Assembly (NCBI GenBank): GCA_036735585.1
Contig: DAINOB010000001.1
Span: 1-33,483, forward strand
Source of the DNA: Cytophagales bacterium
GTDB lineage: Bacteria > Bacteroidota > Bacteroidia > Cytophagales > JAIYAX01
Length of the DNA: 33,483 nt
Direction: 5' to 3'
Within the stretch, counting starts at the first letter, position 1. Each line of letters opens with the position of its first letter. Positions 1-8,884 of this stretch are shown piece after piece. The notes below the pieces were generated by a model. The model was not told where the DNA came from. It worked only from the letters and a program-made list of their open reading frames with translations, and ran no database searches. The position numbers and the translations under genes are program-made.

Positions 1-1
1 G

Positions 2-484
2 CAAAGACCCCTCCAGATGTCGGATTTTAAAGCTAAGGCAGATGCAAAATCTCCCTATTTTGCCATGACCTACACTAAAATAAGCCATGCTATTCGAATT
101 GAAAACAATCAATTGATCATCCAATTGTACCATATTTTTGATTCCCAGAAATCATGGATGAAAAAGGCAAAAGCAGATTCTGCCTTGTTGGCGCATGAGC
201 AATTACATTTTGATCTATCTGAACTCTACGCTAGGAAAACTCAAATGAAGTTGCAAAAGATGAAACTAGGTAAAAATGTGATAGAGCAAATCAATGAGCT
301 GATTTCGAAAGAATTGACAGAGCTAAACAAAGAGCAAGACAGATACGATGAAGAAACCCAACATGGCATACTAGATGAGAAACAGAAAATGTGGTCTGAG
401 GAAGTTGAAAATGCCTTGAAAACATATCCTCAAGCCTTATCTGAAATTCAATTTCCCTACACGTATCCTGCTAATGGCCAGTAA
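2..484 (+). CDS. DUF922-like putative Zn-metallopeptidase, probably 5'-partial
   Basis: HEQLHFD (HExxH-type) motif followed by ELYARK, preceded by an SDFK..D segment typical of DUF922. The frame has no stop between nt 2 and the first ATG at 17, so the N-terminus likely lies upstream of the window. Confidence 0.6.
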   Translation, partial: QRPLQMSDFKAKADAKSPYFAMTYTKISHAIRIENNQLIIQLYHIFDSQKSWMKKAKADSALLAHEQLHFDLSELYARKTQMKLQKMKLGKNVIEQINELISKELTELNKEQDRYDEETQHGILDEKQKMWSEEVENALKTYPQALSEIQFPYTYPANGQ

Positions 485-1088
485 CTGCGAAGTAAATCAA
501 TCGCCCTCCGAAAACTATCAAGGCAACACCAGAGATTTTATTGATACGCTGAAGCATTTGCGGGGTTATCCATTGGCTTATTCTTGTAGCAGTGTAAGAC
601 TTTAATAGGTCAGAAAAAAAGATGGTAGAAATGGCTGAACTGAAATAAGCAAGCTTTTCATGGTCATTAAATGAGTCGCCCAAGGATACCAGACTCACCG
701 TACTAATCCAAAAGAGCAAAACAAAAGGATTGATCAAGTTGATCATAAATCCTCTGGCAAAGCTTCTCTTGTAACCCTTTCCTGCACCCAAATCTCGAGG
801 TCCTTGCTTAAGCGGAAGCACAAAAGCAGATATCCCCACAATAATCAATAAAGCCCCCCCAGCATAGCCCATAAAAGATTTAAAATCATCATTATCCATC
901 AATGCAGATAATCCTCTTTCAGTGATAACTATGTAAAGCATATCGCTAACAGCAATGCCCATAGCCACAAAAAAACCGTTCTTAAATCCTTGGTTGAGGG
1001 AGGTTTTTAGCAAAGTAAAAAAAACCGGCCCAGGTAAAATTGCAATCAATAAGCCAGTGGCTATACCACTGAAAATGGCTTCGATCAT
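471..1088 (-). CDS. LysE/RhtB family amino-acid exporter
   Basis: 205 aa multi-pass membrane protein. The N-terminus GIATGLLIAILPGPVFFTLL matches the LysE-family signature. ATG start at 1088, 9 nt downstream of the GH3 stop. Confidence 0.8.
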   Translation of the reverse strand: MIEAIFSGIATGLLIAILPGPVFFTLLKTSLNQGFKNGFFVAMGIAVSDMLYIVITERGLSALMDNDDFKSFMGYAGGALLIIVGISAFVLPLKQGPRDLGAGKGYKRSFARGFMINLINPFVLLFWISTVSLVSLGDSFNDHEKLAYFSSAISTIFFSDLLKSYTATRISQWITPQMLQRINKISGVALIVFGGRLIYFAVTGH

Positions 1089-1097
1089 GCTGCGAGT

Positions 1098-2657
1098 TTA
1101 GATATAATTGCTACTTTTTAAAAATTCTTTCCAAGCAGCATGTTGTTTATCTTTCAACACACGCGGAAACTTTCTTTGAGCTCCTTCCATCCCAATGATT
1201 TTCATCCAATCATAGAATGCCCTTAATGGTACCTTATGCACAATTATTTCCTTGAGTGCGGCTTTACGTTCTACTGCATAGTCATCATTAAGCTGCTTCA
1301 AATGTCCGTCTAGTTCTATAGCCAGCTCATTCATGCTCGTAGAATCTCCGTCAATACCTAAATACCATTCATGAGCAAACATATTGCCTGAGGGCACTCC
1401 ACATACTGTAAATTCTCTTATGTCAGTTTTAAACTTATCCGCAGTGAGCAATACTGCTTTGGTCATATTATCTACCGATAAATGCTCTCCGCAGAGACTT
1501 AGAAAGTGTTTTGTGCGGCCAGTAATCACTATCCTTACAGGCTTAAGGTTAGTTACTTTCACTACATCTCCAATCAAATACCTCCATGCACCAGCACAAG
1601 TTGACAGCAACAGCGCATACTCTTCACCTTCTGCCAACTGACCGATATGATATACTTTCGCACCTGAAACTGGCAATCCGTCCACATCAAAATTTTCAGG
1701 TTTAAACGGGATAAACTCATAATACAAGCCCTGATCCAGCACCAAGCGCATACCCTTAGCGTCAGGCATATCCTGAAAGGCAATAAAGCCTTCAGAGGCC
1801 AAATAGGTCTCTAAATAAATCAAAGGTTTGCCTACTATTTTCTGAAAACTGCTTCTGTAAGGATCAAAAGCTACCCCACCGTGTATAAAAACTTCCAAAT
1901 TAGGCCAAATTTCGTGGATGGAGCTTTTGTTATGCTGTTGCAATATTTTCTCAATGAGCAATTGTGTCCATGCGGGTACACCTACTATCATCCCTACATC
2001 CCATGAAGCGGCATTATCGGAAATCATGTCCAACTTATTCGACCAATCTGCTACTTGAGAGATTTTCTTCCCTGGCTTATAAAAAGGATGTAGCCAAAAT
2101 GGTAATCTGCCGGCTGTAATACCACTTAGGTCGCCTTCCAAATACTGGCCTTTGGCGGCCAAGTTGGTGCTTCCACTCAAAGCAAGAATCTGTTTTTCGA
2201 AAAAATTAGGATTCAGCCCTTTATACCTGCCTAGAGAAAGTAACTGCCTCACTCCTACTTTTCTCATGGCAAGAAGCATAGATTTAGTGACAGGAATTCT
2301 TTTAGAGGAAGCTTCAGATGTGCCACTACTCAAGGCAAAGTATTTTACCTTCCCAGGCCATGTTACACTTTCTTTGCCATCTAAAGATTTTATCCACCAA
2401 TCTGAATACATTTTGTTGTAATCATGTAGAGGTACTTCTTCAGCAAAATTCTGCATGAAGGAAATCTCATTCCTATTCGAGGTGCGGAGGAGTTTTTCAA
2501 AATTGTATTTCTTACCAAATTCAGTGTCTACTGCTTTGGTAATCAGTTTCTTCAAAGTATTGTAGGATTGCTTTACCGCATCGGAATCTGTATTTCTTCC
2601 AATAGGTAAGTCTTTAAGCTTGATACTACTTTTTAATAAAGTGCCCAACAAAGCCAT
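1098..2657 (-). CDS. GH3 family (auxin-responsive-promoter-like) acyl-acid amido synthetase homologue
   Basis: About 520 aa with the LSSGTSEASSKRIPVT adenylation-type motif and overall GH3-like layout. The track start at 2690 is TTG; the first ATG is at 2657. Confidence 0.75.
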   Translation of the reverse strand: MALLGTLLKSSIKLKDLPIGRNTDSDAVKQSYNTLKKLITKAVDTEFGKKYNFEKLLRTSNRNEISFMQNFAEEVPLHDYNKMYSDWWIKSLDGKESVTWPGKVKYFALSSGTSEASSKRIPVTKSMLLAMRKVGVRQLLSLGRYKGLNPNFFEKQILALSGSTNLAAKGQYLEGDLSGITAGRLPFWLHPFYKPGKKISQVADWSNKLDMISDNAASWDVGMIVGVPAWTQLLIEKILQQHNKSSIHEIWPNLEVFIHGGVAFDPYRSSFQKIVGKPLIYLETYLASEGFIAFQDMPDAKGMRLVLDQGLYYEFIPFKPENFDVDGLPVSGAKVYHIGQLAEGEEYALLLSTCAGAWRYLIGDVVKVTNLKPVRIVITGRTKHFLSLCGEHLSVDNMTKAVLLTADKFKTDIREFTVCGVPSGNMFAHEWYLGIDGDSTSMNELAIELDGHLKQLNDDYAVERKAALKEIIVHKVPLRAFYDWMKIIGMEGAQRKFPRVLKDKQHAAWKEFLKSSNYI

Positions 2658-2737
2658 GTCAGCAAGGGTTTTAAACGTAAAGTTGAACAATTTTTATTTT
2701 CGACAAGTGATTAAGACTAGATCACTTAACTAGCATT

Positions 2738-3415
2738 ATGGAAATAGCAGACAGATTCAAGGAAATTGGAAAAGAAATAGAGCCGTATAATGCTACTCTA
2801 GTAGCTGTAAGTAAAACCCATAAACCAGAAGTTATACTTGAAGCTTACAATGCTGGTCAAAGAATCTTTGGTGAGAATAAAGTGCAAGAACTTGTGAACA
2901 AGGCAGAAATGCTTCCCAAGGATATACAGTGGCACATGATTGGCCATCTTCAGACCAACAAGGTAAAATTACTTCTCCCTCATGTAGCCTTGATTCATAG
3001 CATAGACAGTGAAAAGCTATTGCTTACCATTGAAAAAGAGGCAGAAAAACTGCAAAAACCAATTCAAGGGCTGCTCCAGGTACACATAGCTACCGAAGAG
3101 ACAAAGTTTGGATGGAGTGCCGAGGAATTGATCAGCTTTTTGCAAATCTTTCCTTTTGATCGTCTACAATGGCTGAGGATTGTAGGCTTAATGGGGATGG
3201 CTTCATTTACATCAGATGAGACTCAAGTGGCGGAAGAGTTTGAATCTTTACAGAGGCTTAACAATGAGGTAAAAGAGTCTTTCGAATATTGCAAAGACTT
3301 TAGTGTATTGAGTACCGGTATGAGTGGAGATTACCGAATTGCCCTAAAAAAAGGAAGTACTATGGTCAGAATTGGAAGTAAATTATTTGGAGAACGAAAC
3401 TATACTCAAGCATGA
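2738..3415 (+). CDS. yggS: YggS family pyridoxal-phosphate homeostasis protein
   Basis: VAVSKTHKP (PLP lysine), FGENKVQE and WHMIGHLQTNKVK motifs. 225 aa, a typical length. Confidence 0.9.
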   Translation: MEIADRFKEIGKEIEPYNATLVAVSKTHKPEVILEAYNAGQRIFGENKVQELVNKAEMLPKDIQWHMIGHLQTNKVKLLLPHVALIHSIDSEKLLLTIEKEAEKLQKPIQGLLQVHIATEETKFGWSAEELISFLQIFPFDRLQWLRIVGLMGMASFTSDETQVAEEFESLQRLNNEVKESFEYCKDFSVLSTGMSGDYRIALKKGSTMVRIGSKLFGERNYTQA

Positions 3416-3798
3416 GATCACAGAAATTCTTCAGTATTGCAGCAACTACAATGGCTTTGGCAGTAGCTTTTGGTGCATTTGGATCGCATGCGTTGGCTAC
3501 AGTACTAGAGCAAAACAATAGAATTCAGACTTGGGATACCGCAAGTAAATACCATTTCTATCATGGTCTTGGGCTCTTTGTAGTAGGTTATTTATACAGA
3601 AAAACCGGCACTAGGCCGGTTTTCTATAGTTTCCATCTTATGTTGGCTGGTACTATTATCTTTTCAGGTACGCTTTACCTACTAAGTGTAACAGGATATA
3701 CTGTTTTGGGTGCTGTGACACCAGTGGGAGGCCTTTTGCTTATCGCTTCTTGGCTGGTACTCGGAAGATCTTTATGGGTGTATAAAAAACTTAATTAG
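3412..3798 (+). CDS. DUF423 (YgdD-like) small membrane protein
   Basis: 128 aa with 4 TM segments and the FGAFGSHAL motif. Its ATG overlaps the yggS TGA (ATGA). Confidence 0.75.
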   Translation: MRSQKFFSIAATTMALAVAFGAFGSHALATVLEQNNRIQTWDTASKYHFYHGLGLFVVGYLYRKTGTRPVFYSFHLMLAGTIIFSGTLYLLSVTGYTVLGAVTPVGGLLLIASWLVLGRSLWVYKKLN

Positions 3799-4211
3799 TT
3801 CGCAGCGGGAAGCACATTGCATATCACGGATATGCGTGCATCTCCTTCTTGACTGTTAGATTGGATAGTGAGCACTTTATTTTGTTGTCCCATTTTACCT
3901 GCACTGTTGAAAGAAGCTTCTATAGTTCCGGTTTTACCTGGCATAATTGGGTCCTTTGACCAGTTAGAAGCTGTGCATCCGCAAGTAGTGAGCACATTGG
4001 AGAGAATAAGTGGCTCAGAACCATTGTTCTTAAATGTAAAAACATGCTTTACTACTTCTCCTTGCTTGATGTCTCCAAAATTCTTTGATTCTTCATTGAA
4101 TTTTATTTTTGCTCCTTTTTTATCATCAACTTTAGCTGCTTCACTTTGTGCAAAGGCAGCACTTGAAAATAAAAGCATAAATGCCAATAAACTTAATGTG
4201 ATTGTTTTCAT
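3795..4211 (-). CDS. DUF1573 domain-containing secreted protein
   Basis: Signal peptide MKTITLSLLAFMLLFSSAAFAQ. The FGDIKQGEVVKHVFTFKNNGSEPLILSNVLTTCGCT block is characteristic of DUF1573. The track start at 4244 is TTG; the ATG is at 4211. Confidence 0.8.
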   Translation of the reverse strand: MKTITLSLLAFMLLFSSAAFAQSEAAKVDDKKGAKIKFNEESKNFGDIKQGEVVKHVFTFKNNGSEPLILSNVLTTCGCTASNWSKDPIMPGKTGTIEASFNSAGKMGQQNKVLTIQSNSQEGDARISVICNVLPAAN

Positions 4212-4286
4212 GATTGTACGTGGGTTTGATATACCTAATGTCAAAGTTAGTAAAAACCGAAGTCTAAAGTCAAATTCTGGACCAAA

Positions 4287-4733
4287 TTAAGAGGCAGGAA
4301 ATACATTGGCCATGATGGACCTTGACTTGGCTACTAAAACTCGACTTTCTTGAGTGATAGCATATACTTCTGCTTCGCAATAATTTAAGTTCTTTCCTTT
4401 TTTATACACCCAACCTACAGCTTCAATCATTTGACCTACAGCAGGATATAGGTAGGATACATTTAAATCTGCTGTTACTACATGTACCTCCTTACTTACT
4501 AAAGTTAAGGCAGCAAGCCCACTTACAATATCTGCAAGGGTGGCAGTGACACCGCCATGCAAAAATCCGTTCTGTTGTTGATGCTTTTCAGACATGCAAA
4601 GCTGAGCTGAAACTTTGCCCTCACTAACTTCATTGATGGAGATGCCTACCAAGTGCATGAAATGCTGTCCTTGAAGTAATGTCTCAATTCTATTTTTAAA
4701 CTCAGGATTTTCTGATTCCCATTGATAGTTCAT
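4287..4733 (-). CDS. PaaI-type hotdog-fold thioesterase
   Basis: LHGGVTATLADIVSGLAA motif and ~148 aa size from the internal ATG at 4733. Using this start removes the overlap with the divergent NUDIX gene. Confidence 0.75.
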   Translation of the reverse strand: MNYQWESENPEFKNRIETLLQGQHFMHLVGISINEVSEGKVSAQLCMSEKHQQQNGFLHGGVTATLADIVSGLAALTLVSKEVHVVTADLNVSYLYPAVGQMIEAVGWVYKKGKNLNYCEAEVYAITQESRVLVAKSRSIMANVFPAS

Positions 4734-4770
4734 TGTATGTGGAGTGTACTTCCTTTTATTTGTTACAAAT

Positions 4771-5280
4771 ATGAAAGATAGGACAGAGGAAAACGAGGAT
4801 TTGTTTAAACCCTTTAACAATAGGCTCAGGATCAGAGTAAGTGGGATATGTTTGAGTGAGCATGATGAAATCCTCCTTATCAGACATAGATACCCGGGGA
4901 AAAGACAGTATTTGATAGCACCACCAGGAGGTGAAATGCATTTTGGTGAGCATGCACATAAAGCACTGAAGAGAGAATATAAAGAAGAAACCGGGCTTGA
5001 AATTGAAGTTGGCCAGCTTCTTTTCGTACATGAATTTAATCAAGGAAAGCTGCACGCGATAGAGCTTTTCTTCAAGGTATTTTCGCTAAATACCTATGAA
5101 TTACGCCTCGGAACTGATCCTGAATTAAAATCTGAAGAGCAAATCATCACAAACGTAGAGTGGATGAATATTGATTCGATACAAAGTCACCCCAAGGAAT
5201 GCCTTCATCATTGTATCAGGAATTTGAATCATGTTTCTGATATAGAAAAAAGGAAAGGATACAGCAGCGAGATTTATTAA
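4771..5280 (+). CDS. NUDIX hydrolase
   Basis: Perfect Nudix box in GEMHFGEHAHKALKREYKEETGL (Gx5Ex7REUxEExGU). The track start at 4744 is GTG; the first ATG is at 4771. Confidence 0.85.
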   Translation: MKDRTEENEDLFKPFNNRLRIRVSGICLSEHDEILLIRHRYPGKRQYLIAPPGGEMHFGEHAHKALKREYKEETGLEIEVGQLLFVHEFNQGKLHAIELFFKVFSLNTYELRLGTDPELKSEEQIITNVEWMNIDSIQSHPKECLHHCIRNLNHVSDIEKRKGYSSEIY

Positions 5281-5293
5281 ATTTTAATATTAC

Positions 5294-5317
5294 AGCTTAG
5301 GCCCTAAGTTGTTTTTC
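5294..5317 (+). terminator. Weak candidate intrinsic terminator after the NUDIX gene
   Basis: A 7-bp stem (AGCTTAG/CTAAGTT, one G-U pair) with a 3-nt loop, followed by GTTTTTC, 14 nt after the stop codon. Confidence 0.3.
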
Positions 5318-5351
5318 AAAAAATAGTATACTTGCACAAAAATCTTTTTCC

Positions 5352-5930
5352 ATGCTCAAGATCAGGATTCTTTCCATCGCATTATTTGTTATCAGTCTTG
5401 GCTTGGCCTATTTCCTTTATATCAAAATCAAGGAACCTATAGAGGAAGCCAAGCGAATTGCCCAAATAGAATCAAGGGTTATAGATAAACTGAAGTTCAT
5501 CAGGGAGGTTCAAAAAGAATATTTGCTACAAAACAACAAATATTGTGGCAGTTGGGATACTCTTCAAATGTTTGTAAATGATGGGAAGAAGGTCCTTACC
5601 CAAACCAAAGAATATGTGATCACTTTGAGTTACGGAGCTGATACCTCTATCTTCAAAATAGATACACTAGGGATTTATAGTTTAAGAGACAGCGTTTTTA
5701 ACAGTGAAAAATTTCCTGGAATCAATATAAATGAGGTATCACGCATACCTTTCAGTGGCAAGCAATTTGATTTATTCGCTGATAAAATAATAAAAGGAGG
5801 GGTTACGGTAGATGTGTTTGAAGTAAAAGATATCGAACCTGTAAATCCAGCTCGCAGAAAAAAAGATAATGATAAAGCCCTAAAAGTTGGTTCTCGGGTA
5901 GATGTAACTACTGCCGGCAATTGGGAATGA
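5352..5930 (+). CDS. Hypothetical N-terminally membrane-anchored protein
   Basis: 192 aa with a single N-terminal hydrophobic helix (ILSIALFVISLGLAYFLYI). No motif I recognise. It is followed 1 nt later by the next gene. Confidence 0.5.
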   Translation: MLKIRILSIALFVISLGLAYFLYIKIKEPIEEAKRIAQIESRVIDKLKFIREVQKEYLLQNNKYCGSWDTLQMFVNDGKKVLTQTKEYVITLSYGADTSIFKIDTLGIYSLRDSVFNSEKFPGININEVSRIPFSGKQFDLFADKIIKGGVTVDVFEVKDIEPVNPARRKKDNDKALKVGSRVDVTTAGNWE

Positions 5931-5931
5931 C

Positions 5932-6819
5932 ATGAGTCGAGTGGCCATCAAACATAGAGTCATACAGAAAATTAAGGATGACTATTTCAATGTTGATGAT
6001 ATTGGTGGCTACAATCTGTTTATCAAGCTATATGATACCAGGCTTAAAATCTGCATAACAGAGGAATCCACTCACAAATGCTTATTTTTGGAAGACTTCT
6101 TAATCAGTAAGTCTTTGCGGGAGTCAGAAAGAATACAATTGCTTGAAACCATTTATGATGAACACTCCTTTCTAAAAGCAGGATTCTGGAAATCCGTAAG
6201 ATTGGTGATATCAAGCAAGCACTTCACGTTTATCCCTAGAGTACTTTTTGATGATAGCGAACTGGAAAGCTATATTTCTCTTTCTACACGCTATGATTCA
6301 AACACTGAAGATTTAGCCTACTACAGTCATCATAACTCTGAAGCTATATGTGTTTTCTCAGTGAATAGAGAAATCATTCAGTGGTTTCAAGAATCCTATC
6401 CTCAAGTAGAGATTAAATTGCTTCACAATACTTCCCCTCTTATAGAAGGAGCTTTGCAAAATACCATGCCTGTTTCTCAAAAGCAGCTTTACCTTTTTGC
6501 CGATGATGATCAATTAACAGGTATAGTCACTTGGAAAGAGAAGTTGGAATTCTGCAATACATTTACTTTTAAGAACGCGGATGAGTTGCTGTATTTCACC
6601 ATGTGGATTATGGGTGAGATGGAGATGGACCCAGCAGTAAATGAAGTAATCCTATTTGGCGAAATCACTGAAGAGTCTGATTATTATCAGAAGCTCTACG
6701 AGTATATCTTGAACGTAAGCTTTGGAAATAAGCCAGGATTCTTAAAATTTTCCTATCAGTTTGATCAAGTGAATGATCATCGCTACCTCGATCTGTATTG
6801 CATGCATCTTTGCAAGTAA
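5932..6819 (+). CDS. Hypothetical protein, possibly DUF3822 family
   Basis: 295 aa soluble ORF immediately upstream of coaD. Size and context resemble Bacteroidota DUF3822 genes. The family assignment is a recollection, not a motif match. Confidence 0.45.
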   Translation: MSRVAIKHRVIQKIKDDYFNVDDIGGYNLFIKLYDTRLKICITEESTHKCLFLEDFLISKSLRESERIQLLETIYDEHSFLKAGFWKSVRLVISSKHFTFIPRVLFDDSELESYISLSTRYDSNTEDLAYYSHHNSEAICVFSVNREIIQWFQESYPQVEIKLLHNTSPLIEGALQNTMPVSQKQLYLFADDDQLTGIVTWKEKLEFCNTFTFKNADELLYFTMWIMGEMEMDPAVNEVILFGEITEESDYYQKLYEYILNVSFGNKPGFLKFSYQFDQVNDHRYLDLYCMHLCK

Positions 6820-6824
6820 CTCTA

Positions 6825-7277
6825 ATGTCAAAAAAAGCCGTATTTCCAGGTTCTTTTGATCCTTTTACCAAAGGCCATGAGGACATTGTTTTGAGAGGTC
6901 TAAAGATATTTGATGAAATCATTATTGGCATTGGTCACAATACTAAGAAGCAACGCTTTTTTGATGTCAATAAAATGAAAATGCTTATTGAACAAACTTT
7001 TGAAGGAAATGATAAAGTAAGTATAGTGGTGTATGATGAACTTACTGCTGACTTCGCAAAAAGAATGGAGGCAGGCTTTTTACTAAGAGGATTAAGAAAT
7101 ACTACTGATTTTGAATTTGAAAATGGCATTTCACAAGTAAATAGGTATCTGGTAGAAAATCTGGAAACAGTTTTTCTTATTACTTCACCCCAATTTGCTG
7201 CCATCAGCAGTTCTATTATTAGAGAGGTACATAAGTATGGAGGAGATGTGCGAGAGTTTTTACCTTACACCCTATAA
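6825..7277 (+). CDS. coaD: Phosphopantetheine adenylyltransferase
   Basis: KAVFPGSFDPFTKGHEDIV nucleotidyltransferase (T/HxGH) motif and ISSSIIRE near the C-terminus. The track start at 6798 is TTG; the ATG at 6825 gives the canonical N-terminus. Confidence 0.9.
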   Translation: MSKKAVFPGSFDPFTKGHEDIVLRGLKIFDEIIIGIGHNTKKQRFFDVNKMKMLIEQTFEGNDKVSIVVYDELTADFAKRMEAGFLLRGLRNTTDFEFENGISQVNRYLVENLETVFLITSPQFAAISSSIIREVHKYGGDVREFLPYTL

Positions 7278-7286
7278 AAGGGTAAT

Positions 7287-8402
7287 ATGTCTTCAAAAGC
7301 ACTCCGTACAACATTACTATTTATTTCTCTGGTCTTTTTAACTGCTGGTTGCCTTCCTGCAAGATTCACATGGTACAATTTTGCCAATATCACTGACCAT
7401 AAGATATTCCCCAATAGATCTTTAGCAGCCTCTAATCAACCTTGGGAATTCTATGCTTCTCCAAATCCAATAGAACCAAAAAAAATAGCTTATAAAGAAA
7501 AGGAAGTCAATTTTGATGAGTTTCTGCACAAATCTAAAACTGTAGCATTTATCATCATAAGAAACGATACAATACTTTCAGAAAGATATCTCAATGGCTA
7601 CGCTGAAAATGATGTGGTGGCATCTTTCTCAATGGCCAAATCATTTACTTCGGCACTTGTAGGTATTGCAATAGAGGAAGGAATTTTAGGAAGTGAAAAC
7701 GATACCATCTCACAATACATACCTGAGTTGGCAAAGAATGGGTTTAATCGAGTGACCATAAAACATTTGTTGCAAATGACCAGTGGATTAAAATATTCTG
7801 AAAGCTATATCTCTCCCTTTAGTGATGCTGCGATACAATACTATGGGAGAAACCTGGAGAAGCATCTTTTAAAGTCAAAGCTCAAAAATAATCCTGGGGA
7901 AAAATTTGCCTACACCAGCGGCACTACTCAGCTTTTAGGTTATGTGCTTCATCGAGCCTTAAATGCCAAAGGCATGACCTTGACGCAGTATTTACAACTT
8001 AAAATTTGGGGACCCACTGGAATGGAATCTGATGCTAGTTGGAGTTTGGACAAAAAAGATGGGTTGGAAAAAACATTTTGTTGCATCAATGCTATAGGGC
8101 GTGACTTTGCTAGAATGGGGAGATTGTACCTCCATAAAGGTGCACGAGGCGAACATCAAATTGTACCCTCCTCATGGGTAAGTAAGAGTACCGCTATAGA
8201 TACCACTGACGGCTCTGCATGGTTTTATCAATACCAATGGTGGCTTGCATCAAAAGATCAAAGTGACTTCTTAATGAATGGGCACTTAGGACAGTTTGTG
8301 TATGTGCACCCTGCTAAAAACTTGATCATAGTAAGGCTTGGTAAAAAGGAAGGGAAAGTGCGGTGGACTAACTTTTTTAAAAGTATGGCTGAAGCTTATT
8401 AA
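7287..8402 (+). CDS. Serine hydrolase (beta-lactamase/PBP-like family), probable lipoprotein
   Basis: SMAKS (SxxK) active-site motif and a lipobox-like LTAGC after the signal peptide. 371 aa. Confidence 0.8.
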   Translation: MSSKALRTTLLFISLVFLTAGCLPARFTWYNFANITDHKIFPNRSLAASNQPWEFYASPNPIEPKKIAYKEKEVNFDEFLHKSKTVAFIIIRNDTILSERYLNGYAENDVVASFSMAKSFTSALVGIAIEEGILGSENDTISQYIPELAKNGFNRVTIKHLLQMTSGLKYSESYISPFSDAAIQYYGRNLEKHLLKSKLKNNPGEKFAYTSGTTQLLGYVLHRALNAKGMTLTQYLQLKIWGPTGMESDASWSLDKKDGLEKTFCCINAIGRDFARMGRLYLHKGARGEHQIVPSSWVSKSTAIDTTDGSAWFYQYQWWLASKDQSDFLMNGHLGQFVYVHPAKNLIIVRLGKKEGKVRWTNFFKSMAEAY

Positions 8403-8493
8403 ATAAAGTACAACCATAATATTTAGTTTGTGCTAATCAAGTATACTTAGTATCGTATATTTTTTCATTTGAAAAATAAGTGCGGGTAATTAA

Positions 8494-8880
8494 ATGCTAC
8501 CTATGTCAATTCCAAATCTACGTTCTAGAGCGATTGCGGCTATAATAGATGCACTTATCATTTTGGGCCTTTCTTATGCCCTGTATTCAGCTTTGGGAAA
8601 ATCTTGGTTTGATACCCGATTATTTGCCATTCCCATAAGCCTTATTTATCACACTATTGGTTTAGTTTCTCCCCTACAAGGTTCAATAGGAAAGTATTTT
8701 ATGGGAATGAAAGTAATCTCTATTCATGGAAATAAAATTCCATTTGGTTGGGCTATTGCAAGAGCTGTGTTCAGAGGGCTAGTAAGTTTTATGGGCGCTG
8801 GGCTGGTTATTGCGGCATTCGATCCAAATAACAGAGGTCCTCACGATAAAGTATGTGGAACCATAGTAGTGATACAATAA
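8494..8880 (+). CDS. RDD family membrane protein
   Basis: 128 aa. R near the N-terminus (LRSRAIAAIIDALI) and a C-terminal GPHDKVCGTIVV block fit the RDD domain pattern, with 3 hydrophobic segments. Confidence 0.7.
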   Translation: MLPMSIPNLRSRAIAAIIDALIILGLSYALYSALGKSWFDTRLFAIPISLIYHTIGLVSPLQGSIGKYFMGMKVISIHGNKIPFGWAIARAVFRGLVSFMGAGLVIAAFDPNNRGPHDKVCGTIVVIQ

Positions 8881-8884
8881 GCGC

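Noticed and set aside
1384-2421. ORFs 1384-1641 (+), 1574-1783 (-) and 2152-2421 (+) inside the GH3 gene. Similar nested ORFs occur at 3868-4290, 4756-5055, 5675-5920, 6665-6931, 6935-7204, 10163-10348, 11273-11503, 25853-26098, 26339-26563, 26848-27039, 27274-27462, 27754-27969, 28614-28874 and 29397-29579.
   Set aside because: Each overlaps a longer ORF that has recognisable family motifs. None has motifs of its own. They are treated as shadow or out-of-frame ORFs.
2705-2727. Inverted repeat AAGTGAT-N9-ATCACTT in the GH3/yggS divergent region
   Set aside because: A 7-bp AT-rich stem with a 9-nt spacer is within chance expectation for the total intergenic sequence scanned. There is no supporting promoter motif.
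8441-8466. AT-only hairpin (TATAC-N8-GTATA) plus a T-run after the serine hydrolase gene, as a possible terminator
   Set aside because: A 5-bp all-AT/GC-poor stem is too weak to call. It may still mark a transcript end, but the sequence alone does not support it.
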